Below, in pieces: positions 54,056-64,000 of a DNA stretch of 64,000 nt. The translations under genes and the position numbers were made by a program. The first letter of the stretch is position 1; every line of letters begins with the position of its first letter. The notes beneath the pieces were generated by a model, which was given only the letters and a program-made list of their open reading frames with translations, ran no database searches and was not told the origin of the DNA. Source of the stretch: Octopus bimaculoides (Eukaryota); contig NC_068997.1 of NCBI RefSeq assembly GCF_001194135.2, forward strand, positions 5,235,196 to 5,299,195. The letters run 5' to 3'.

Positions 54056-55367
54056 AAACTGGCTGCACATATTCACAAACATACTTATGCATTTTTTCTA
54101 CGGGTTACGAAATCCATCAATATATAATAGGACTTACAGCAAAAACTATATGTAAAAATACCCTATACACATACATATATATTTGCACATGCACGCACAT
54201 ACAAATCCTAACTACGCAATGTGGCCGCCAAAGGGGAGCGACTAGAGCCATTAACCTGAAGGAGAGAGAGAAAGAAAGAGAAAGAAAAAAGTGACTACTC
54301 AGCAAACCAGCTGCTCAGTTATAATTATTGTTTTTTTTTCTAACAACAGAATAGAAAAGAAAGCTAGAAAGATCCTGGTTGAGAGAGAGAAAGAGAGAGA
54401 GAGATCCATAAACATTGCAGGCATATAATATATATAGATATATTAGACACAGTGGGTGACAAGAAGAAGCAGTCGACGGACATTTCCCTATAAGTAGTCA
54501 CATGACAATTCCAACCTTGTGTGACTTAAAGAAACATTTAAGTTGGTCGTTGTTGCTTTAATTTCACTTTTACGTGCTCCAACCACACTTTCTCCTCTGC
54601 GGTTCGACCACGAACAACATTCTTTTCTCACTTTGTCCACAATTCCAACTCTTGTTTTCGAGTTGGTCTACCGATTTTTACTCTTCTTTTTCCTTCTCTC
54701 TCTCTGTTTTTTAAAACTTCCATGCAAATTCTTTAAACTAAGATGGTTTGATATTAAACCTGTGAAAGAAATAGATTTATTTCCCGAAAGTCATTGAAAA
54801 AGACTTCTTTTACAAATTATTTGCCAATTTTTACATGCATACACACATATATATAACATACATAATATATACATAATATATATATATATATACACTATAT
54901 GTGTATATATTGTATTAATGTATAGATACCAATTTATATGTGTAGATACATATAAGCTTTGTTGAGACATGATGTCATTGGAAGAAGATTAAATATAGGT
55001 TTGTAAGAATATTTTTTACTCGCTTTATTGTTATTTGAATTTTCTTATGAATTACTCTTATTCCAAACGTGAAACACATTGAAATACTATAGAATCTCCA
55101 GCAAAGATATTCTTTTTACATTTCTTTCCAAAGATGCCATGTACTTGAACTTTTTTTAAAAATTTCTTCAATTAAGTATGGAAAAATATTTTTATTCGTG
55201 AAATTATATATCATTGTGCTTGTCAATTACTTTTTATCTCTTTGTTTGTTTTGTCTTCCATATTCAAATGAAAAAAAATGTTTTATTTAAATTTAAAAAA
55301 AGCGTCGTAGATTTTTCTGAGAAGTCAATATATTTTTTCTCTTTCATACCAAAATATTTCTGCTGCC

Positions 55368-55486
55368 ATGCAGGCGGGAGGTAGAACAAATGTAAGAAGA
55401 GCAACTTGGACATCAGTGCCGCTAGCAACGACAGTGATTAGAACAGCCCTCCCTTCCTCCCTCATAAAAAAGATGCATAGCAATAG
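55368..55486 (+). CDS. KANSL2: Probable first coding exon of KANSL2 (MQAGGRTNVRRATWTSVPLATTVIRTALPSSLIKKMHSN-R; second in-frame ATG at 55473)
   Basis: Open frame from GCCATG (55368) to a consensus donor AG|gtaagt. Ends in phase 2, which fits the single leading A of the 60298 exon. No homology support for the first 35 codons, so the true start may be 55473. Confidence 0.65.
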
Positions 55487-55910
55487 GTAAGTAATGCAAA
55501 ATTTCTTGTCATCTTTATATTATTTTAACTTCTTCGTTGTAATTTAGATCCCTATTTTATGTCTTCGTTTGGTTTCTTCATAGGGAAAATAATTGTGTCT
55601 TTGGTAAATGATGTCTGTATATAAAGTGACTGTGACATGATCATTCGGCTGTTCCATCATGTTGTCAATGGCAAACATGTTGCTTCATGAAATTCCATTA
55701 AAAAAAAAAAAAAACTGGGGGAAACTCAGTCCTGAACCTTGTTGGTGATGATGTTTAAAGCCCCTGCTTTTGGCCAGTCGATACATTTCCTGTAAGGTCA
55801 ACTGAACATTAATTCTTAGTCAAATTACTTAGCGATTTATTATTTCCCGAACACGATTCCTGTTGACAATGCAAAGTTAGGAATTGTTTTATATTAATTA
55901 ATGTTGCAAT

Positions 55911-56372
55911 TAATTGATATAAAGGTTTATTTAATGAATGTTGTGAATACCTTGAATGGAAAAGGCATCACTTACTATTTATAAATTTGTCTTCGTAGTA
56001 AATTACTGAACTTAAAAAAAAAAATAAAAAAATAATATTTAGGTTTGATTAATATAAATGTTGGCCTTTATGAACCTGAACACCTTGACTTCTCACTCGC
56101 TTGTTTTATTAAGTCTTTATAGTAATATTACTGAACTTTAAAAATAATTATATCTTGTATTTTTATAAAGGTTGGCCTAATGTTAACACCTTTGAATATA
56201 CAAGGTATCGACCTACCTTTTCTTCTTTTTATAGTATACTACTCAACTTAAAAATAATTGTGATTGATACAGATGTTGCTCTAATGAATCTGAACACCTT
56301 GAATGGAAAGGGCTTTGATCTAGCTTATTAAAATCTTCATCGCTGCATATTTCCAAACTTAAAAAAAAATTG
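55911..56372. repeat. Degenerate ~106-133 bp tandem repeat, 4 copies, in KANSL2 intron 1
   Basis: Anchor aa(c/t)acctt(t)g at 55946, 56079, 56185, 56293. Anchor aactt(t)aaaaa at ~56009, 56134, 56245, 56356. Confidence 0.75.
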
Positions 56373-56707
56373 TTTCTAAATTTTCATTTATTTAATTGAA
56401 ATAAATATATTCATGAGGTTGCCCTTTTCTTTGCTGACATAATTTTTATTTGTTCAATTCTGACAATGAAATTACAAGATCACCATTTTAACATTTCTAC
56501 AGAAACTCTACAAGGTAGTCTTTAAAAGATAACTAAATTCATATAAAGTTCACTGGTCAACATTACAGTTCTGAAATAGTTTTTTACATATCTATACTGA
56601 CTCTTTTTACATTTTGTAGACCTTTTAAAATTAAACTTTTTATAGAGCAAAATGAGCAATCGACCATTTAAGGTGCTAAGGAAGAATTTATAAAAATTAA
56701 TAATGGA

Positions 56708-56741
<34 letters not shown>

Positions 56742-57027
56742 GGTCAAAGGTAAAAAAAAAAAAAATCTTTCCCAATGCCTCAGTTCCTCGTCAGCAGAAA
56801 TCTGTAATGGTCTATGTTGATGCGAGGAAAGTTAGTTGAAAATTGCTTACTGAATTGGTGTAAACGATCTTAAAAAATGTCCATAAGAAAACCAGTTTAT
56901 TGTAAAGGACGAGAGGCCATGTTTGTTAAGGAGCAAAGTCGGAGAATTATTGATTTTAGTGGCCGAACATCGTATACCCTCCCTTAACGTTCAACTTAAC
57001 AGATATTAACCCCAGCTAGCGTATGTA

Positions 57028-57060
<33 letters not shown>

Positions 57061-59713
57061 TTGGTCTAAACTAGTAATATCTTTTGACGTTATTTGAAAT
57101 TGACGTAGTTCTTCATTTTAAGGCGTCCATTAGTAATTTTTAACTATGGAAGCCCGTCTGGACAGTAAATATCGACTCCATTCATCCTCTTGTTCTAGTT
57201 TCGTCCCCGCCATAACATCTCTCCACAGCTTCTTCTTCACATTTACCTTTCGCCCCCCCCCCTTCTGTGAGCCAGTGTCACTTGATTTGTGTTCGGGGTT
57301 TATTGTTTTCACAACGTATCGCGAAAGTTGACTGAAGATAGCTTCCACCTTTATGCTAAACCTTGAGTTTAACCAACGAAATCTAAAATACGACCGATTC
57401 GCCTTTTAATCATATTTTTGTTAGATGAAAAAAGAAATCCAAATATTTCCCACAAATTATTCTATTTTTTCAACAGTTGTTAATTTATTTTTCGAAAATA
57501 TTTTCTCGTTTTAGATTTTATAAAAAGTGAAAAATTGAATTATCTAAACTTTGTAGAGCGAAATAATCAAATTTCGATTCTATGAACAAATTTATACCAA
57601 AGATTTCTCCATCTACTAAAGGAATTTATTCCAGTGCCTCAGTTATATTCTGTAAATATTGATTTATAAAATGATTGCATTTACAACCCCCCGAAATGCT
57701 AGAAATAACAGCAAAATCCTCATATCACAAACCACCATCTTAAGTGTTTCTCTTTTAATCTAAATTATTTTTGAAGATGAATTAGTCACGGTTGGAAACA
57801 CTTTCTGTTTGAACAACTCACTTGGATTTTGACATTTTTTTCAGCAATTTTTTTTCTTTTAGTTTCCGCTTGCATACCTCATCATAGACTTACAAATAGT
57901 GAAGATGTCTTTTGCTAGAAATGTCATGGGAGTGCTGAAGGTGCCGCATTGTTTTAGTGATGACTAACAGCGAACAATTCTGCATTAAGGGCTGATCCCT
58001 CAGAACCTTGTCATTGCTGTTTAACCCCAGGTCAACTTAAGCAGACCTACGATAGATCTGTTCGGGGCTTTTTCTTTTTCAGATACATGGTATTTAGGAT
58101 CGCATTTACCCCCTGAACTCCATCTCATTTCCTAACCTTTCATCCAACTCGTCATTGGCCGTCTTCTCTCGGCCCTTGTTCATCATTCAGTATATTTGCA
58201 TCCCTTTTCCATCTCTTCCTATATCTCGCTCTCTCTCCATACATTTTTGCTGCCTCTACTCAGCCAAACTTCTTGTTCCATCCCCCCTCCCAACCTGGTA
58301 CTTTGTCACCATCTCTTTGTTCCTCTTTCCGCCTTCATCTTGATTACTCTCACCCACTCTTGTATAACGTGAGTTACCATGTAGCTAGCTCTACAGTAAG
58401 AAATTGGAATAGGTTTCTTGCTGTTGTGTTGATCCCATTAAAAAGGCACCCAGTACACTGTAAAGTGATTAGCATTAGGAAGCTCATTTAGTTATAAATC
58501 ATGCCAGTCCACGCATTGAAGTACAGTGCAGTCCTTCGACCAGTTAGATTCTGTCAAACCATCCAACCCATGCTGGCAAAGAAGACAGCTGTTACAGGAT
58601 TTTATTCATATATAATGCAAGATAGCAGCTGTAGTGTGATATAAGAGAGATTTTTGCTATTTTTATCAAGTTGAGTGGCCAAGTGTTTGGTTTGCTCACC
58701 TGTTTTCCTGAGTAATGATGCTGTCATTATCTGGATGTTTTATCTCAGGTTGTGTACAGCCTGTTTATCCAAAATCAGTCCTGATGGCACAGGCCTAGGG
58801 TCAAAGGCATTCTAGCCTTGGTAATCCATCTTTTTCCTTCAGTGTTTAAGATTGCATCATTAATTGTGTACCTTTTTAATACATTATTGATCAAGTGACT
58901 GTGTAGTGTTCAGTTTTTTTCTGCTGTGATGTGATTGTTTCTGTTCATAGACATGTCTATGTCGAGCAGATAAGATCAAACCATAAGGTCATTTGTCTCA
59001 AGTTGATGTTAATTGTGCACAATTAAGTGTTATAACCAAGGACTTTATCTGTGTATTATTTCAGAGGCCTAGAGTACATAGGGCTACCTTACCCAATGTA
59101 CTATTTAAGACAGTAGGGTGTGCTGTAAATGAGATATAACTATCTCCAGCAGATAAAGCATTGATTTCTCAAATAAGTGTGGGTAGGATGAGGATATTAG
59201 CAGCAGATGTAGTAACTGGGTTGGCAGGTTGAGGTGAGATAATGAAGCTGTAGATACAAGGTATGTAATGACCTTGGGAACTCGCTCCTACAATAACCTT
59301 GGACCAGTCTCAGTCTTGTGAGCTGACTTAGATTATGTAGGTATTTGTCTGTTGAATTACCCATTCTTGGAGGTAACCAGTTTAACACCACAAACTAGTC
59401 CCTGTGGGTGCCATTAAGTTTTGTTTCTTGCAAGACTGTTGGGTGGAAGTTATTTTCTCGAGACCTGATAAAGGTTAGTAGTAATGTCAAACCAGACAAG
59501 GGATTAGTTCTGCCAACCAAGAACTGGCTTGCAATATTCTAGGGTTGGGGGTCAAACCAGAAACTTTGTAGTTGTGTGATAGACACAACCATCACTGTCT
59601 TGTATCAAACAAACTCAGTATTGTAATGTGTTACTTCTTATTGCTGCAATCCATACATTGCAGTGTCTTCCCACTACCAAAGATGGTGGCCCTTTTGAAA
59701 TGTCATGAGTACT

Positions 59714-59928
59714 TTAACCTTTTTGATACCAACACACTTTAGACCAGCCTTGATTCTGTAATACAATCTTGTTTTAAAGTGATCTAAATTAAAACCTTTT
59801 CACTAAAATTTCTTGTTGATTTATGTTCCAAACATCAGCTTAATGACAGTTATTTTACTGAATTATTCATTACTTTCAATATTAGTTGAAACTGTTTTTC
59901 AACTGAAATATGGTAACAAAAGGATTAA
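59714..59928. mobile_element. MITE with TTAA ends (piggyBac-like)
   Basis: TTAAcctttttgatacc ... ggtaacaaaaggaTTAA terminal inverted repeat. Confidence 0.75.
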
Positions 59929-60297
59929 GTTTTGAGTGTTAAGGTATTATTTCTGTTACCAACTAGACTGAATTAGGCAAACAGAGAATGACTAAAAACT
60001 GAGATGAAGTGTGAAATCACAAACTGGATGGTTGTATTGATACAAATGAGAACAGTATTGATGGTCCAAGAGAGAAAACTTTATCAGAAGGTTTCTGTGC
60101 CAAATACGCCAATGTCAAGGGTAATAATTTGGGTTTGCACTAAAACTGCAGAAATCTTTTTATTGCTATACAGCACCAACTTAGCATATATGTGTGATAG
60201 CTTTGATGGTATTCATTAGGATAAAAACTTTCATTTTGTAGCTTGATTCAGTGTTCAGTATGATTAATTTCTTGTCAATCTTTTTTTTTCTCTTTAG

Positions 60298-60531
60298 AAT
60301 TAACCGAACCAAAAACAGTTTTCTGAAGCGTCAAACTAAAGGTCCTGTGGAAGGATTATTTTGTAACTATAGTCATCGAGTATGTATGCAAAACCGATTG
60401 GATGGCTCCCTGTATTGTCTAAAACACATACTTGAAGACAAAAACACTCCATTTAAACAATGCAGTTATGTAGCGACCAAGACTGGTAAAAGGTGTCCAA
60501 ATGCAGCCCCAAAAGTTGATCGCAAAGATGA
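60298..60531 (+). CDS. KANSL2: KAT8 regulatory NSL complex subunit 2, zinc-finger exon (INRTKNSF...[57 protein letters not shown])
   Basis: Near identity to human KANSL2 [34 protein letters not shown]. Polypyrimidine acceptor ttttctctttag and donor GA|gtaagt; 234 nt. Confidence 0.95.
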
Positions 60532-63500
60532 GTAAGTATATTGTGTATGTGTGATAAACAACCATTTTTTTTACTTCCTCCATGTTACATGTATGTAACA
60601 TGTAGACTAACTTTTCCAATCCAAACATGAAAAAAAAATGGATGTAAGACAACAGTGGAGCAATTTCTAATTTCTCTATGGTTTTGTGTGTGATTCCCTG
60701 TCTATGGACGGTGCAGAACACAAATGGTTCTTTTGAAATAATTATTAACAGAAGCTAGAGTTTGTCATATTTAAGACTTATCTTGTCTCTAATGTAATAT
60801 AGTATTTGAACTTGTTTCTGTATAATGAAGAATCTTAGTGGTATATGATAGAGATTGCTGGTGTGAATTGGCTAAAGTGTCTTGAATTACAAGACAAAAG
60901 AGTTGACAAATACAGTGAATTTGAATCTAAATGTTACTTGGGAAAATGTTCCAGGTTGGATGGTGAAGAGTAATTTTCCAGCCTATTGCACTCTAAATAA
61001 TGAAACATGTCAACTTAGTTATAACTTGTTAGAAATATGGTGTGCCCTAAAGGCAAACTTTTCTATTTCTTATCAGCAGTTGAATGATCTCCATGAAAGC
61101 AGCTTCTGTGTGTTCACTCAAGTTGCTAGAAGTAACAATCAAATATCTCTAAATTCATACTTTATTACTTAATTAAAAGAACTCTCGTTAGCTGTTTGAT
61201 AATGTAAACAATCTTTTGGTCCCTGGTAGGTGTGTTAGTTGTTTTACATGTTGCTGCAACTTCCTCATTCCATTTGTATTTTAACTGTTGACCATAAGTG
61301 TTCTGTTTGGTTAAGGTAGGTCCCATGAATTATGTAATCCTATCTCATTAAACTAGATATATTGTATCGATATGCTTCATTCTTTTTTGATAATCATACA
61401 AGTATTCAAATATAGACTACATCTACATTCTGCCATTTGAGTGTGCTTACCTAAAGTCTGCTGTTGTATGTGGATGTCTACATGGATGTAAATCACCACT
61501 GTTACAACTGTAGTACTGCAAGCTCTAACTCCAATGGCTGCTACATTTACAGCATTTTGTTTGTAGTTTGTCATGATGACACATTTGCTTGAGCACTACT
61601 TTATCAAGTTTCTCCTGGCTACAAACATATGGGGAAGTATCTTTGCTGTTCATCTCAGTCAGCAAAGATGTCCCTAGTTAAGGATGTTCTTACATAAAGT
61701 CAAAGGATAGAAATCATTTCATCACCTTTTGAAAAGTGGAGTGGTTGCAGTTGTATTATATAGAGAAACATGTTCTAAGTGAAGCCTGTTACAGAATAAT
61801 GGTCAGTAGGAAGGAAGAATGGAGAAAACAGTTGTTTCGCAGTCGCATTGAAAACTGCAAAGATCTTAAGTTTTGTTTAAAACATATGGAGTGAGTCATC
61901 TCTCAAAGCAAGTACAGCAATATAATCCTGAGGTTGTCATTTATTTCAGTGACTCCATCTTCAACATGGTTCTCATTTCTGTTGAAGACTTATTTGGTAA
62001 AGGGAGAAAACAAATTAGCTCCATTGCAGTACTAATTCTTCAGCTCAATTAATGGATCAAAGTGAGACTAAACTACTTAATGATTAAAAAAACCTTTGGC
62101 TCAATTGACGACCATATTCAAAACCAAAAAGGTGAAATATTTTTTCTTGATACACTTGCGGGTAGCAAGAAAAACATTTCTGATAAGCCTACTGCTAGCT
62201 GAAGTAAGGAAGGAGGAAAATCTCTCTGACATTTAACATCTTCAGGTGCCATTCTACTATCTGAAGGTAAAACAACTCAGTGTATTGAAACTGCTATTGA
62301 ACCTCACCATTGTTTAGGGATGTCAGGGAAATGTATTCTCCTTTTGACCAAATAACAGTTGTCCTGGAAGGGGACTTTCAGACCTTTTATCATTCCAAAG
62401 GCAACAAAAGTTGGTTAGATCAGAAGCTGCTTGAAATTATCACATTTGTGAAAGTGTTTTAAGAAACTTAAACTGGAAGTAAACACCAGTTTTCAGCTGA
62501 TTTGACTGAGAGACTTTTGGAATTTGGAGAAGTTATTGTTGTAATTGATCGAGACAGAGACATATGGCTGACCTCATTATTTGATGAGCTAAAAAAAAAA
62601 ATCTCTACCAATATTCATCACAACTGCCTTATTTAACAAATGGTTCTGTAAAAGACCTAATCTTACTTCAACTAATATGGCTGCTAAGATGATTTTATCT
62701 TCGTCTGTAGACATTTTAGCTCCCAAAGAAACTAAGTATATGTGAATGTTTTTTTCTGATACTTTGTATATTAAAAAATTAGGTATATTATATATGCCCA
62801 AAACTAGAGTATATATGTGAATATGTGCTGTTTTTCCTGTTACTTCGTATATTCATAAAAACTATAGGACTCTGGGAAAACTTATTGATTAGAAAATTAA
62901 TTTATAGTAATGATAAATATTTGATTAAAAAAATGTTTTCAAAGATATTTTTTATTTAAATTTAAGAGTAAAATATTCTTTTGTTATATATTTGTTTGCT
63001 TATTTCTATGAAGCTCAACTTGAACCACTTTCTTAATTATTAGAATGCAACAATTTCCAGTGGAATTTTAACATTCTCAAATGGCAGATTGTCAATCTTT
63101 TTTTGACAAATTTATAAAAAAATAGTGATTTGTGTGTGTGTGTGTGTGTGTGTGTNNNNNNNNNNGTGTGTGTGTGTGTGTGTGTGTTCTATGTGAGCAC
63201 ATTTTACACTTGCTGGGGCACTGCCTTAAAAGATTTAGTTGATGAAATTAATTTCAGTACTTACATTTGCTACTTATACTATTACTAAGTTATGAAAAGA
63301 TGAACAAACCTTAATTTGAATGTACTGAACTTTCCATATATGCTATCCCCTTTTCTGCCATATATATATGTTGATTTGCAAACCTCCCTAGTTGAATTAC
63401 TGGTCACTAATTTTTTTTTTCTTTCTTTTTCATTTGCTCACTTAAGAGAACCAAAGAAAAGAGAATCTGTTGTGAAAAGGTTGGTTAAAGATAAATTATT

Positions 63501-63535
63501 CCATGTGACTAAAGCTAGTTTTCTCATTTCTATAT

Positions 63536-63758
63536 TTAACCCTTTAGCATTCACATTATTCTATCCAAAGCAATGCTTATTTATTCACATGTTTTTAATT
63601 AATCTTGCATTATCTTTGTAGCTTTGAAATTTTGATGAGATAACTCTTAATTTTTAAAATGATATTGCAGAGTATGTGTAAGAGGCCAGATCTGGCCAGT
63701 TTAAACATAAAACTGAATATTTGGGCTGGATATGATGCGTTTAAATTCTAAGAGTTAA
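63536..63758. mobile_element. Second MITE family with TTAA ends (piggyBac-like)
   Basis: TTAAccctttagcattca ... ttaaattctaagagTTAA imperfect terminal inverted repeat. Confidence 0.65.
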
Positions 63759-64000
63759 AGTTAAGTGGTTAGCATTTATGAGATAAACTAGGTGTAGGTA
63801 AATAAGTGTACAAGACACCCTGTTTTGAAATAGATGCAATATGGACAAATGGTTAAGTTTGCTTTGCAACAATGAAGCCCTGGGTTCAATCCCACTGTAT
63901 GGCATCTTGAACAAATATTTTCTGTAGCCTCAGGTTAACTCTTACCTTGTGAGTGAATTGGGTAGATGGTAACTGTACAGAAGCCTGTTGAGTAGCTTGT

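Noticed and set aside
53599-54294. Multiple YI/IY-repeat ORFs (also at 4913, 11019, 24688 and 39828)
   Set aside because: They are translations of (TA)n, (GT)n and (AG)n microsatellites or N-gaps.
57130-57225. MAGTKLEQEDEW as a duplicated cyclin T exon 1
   Set aside because: Only ATGGCGGGG is shared, a common start/YY1 context. The rest does not align and the frame stops without a good donor.
63316-63621. 101-aa ORF as the next KANSL2 exon
   Set aside because: It has no similarity to the expected FC.EH continuation and overlaps a MITE. The next exon is probably beyond the window.

Overview
AT-rich, repeat-dense animal genomic DNA. The SINE, RTE and MITE families look like those of Octopus (inference from recognised repeat sequences). 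It holds a divergently transcribed gene pair. On the minus strand is cyclin T (CCNT1/2-like): exon 1 at 44195-44355, and exons matching vertebrate exons 4 and 5 at 3938-3998 and 1540-1602. I could not find exons 2-3, and the 3' exons lie left of the window. On the plus strand is KANSL2: probable first coding exon at 55368-55486 and the zinc-finger exon at 60298-60531, with the rest right of the window. The remainder is intron or intergenic DNA. It contains a near full-length decayed R4/Dong-type retrotransposon, several RTE LINE fragments, a 62-bp hairpin minisatellite derived from the RTE 3' tail, two full-length mariner relics in opposite orientation, a possible Academ-like remnant, MITEs, tRNA-derived SINEs, microsatellites and five N-gaps. 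I found no convincing new multi-gene system. The best leads are the CCNT-KANSL2 linkage shared with human, the RTE-tail hairpin array, the unexplained ~110-bp array in KANSL2 intron 1 and the promoter-like motif cluster in CCNT intron 1.
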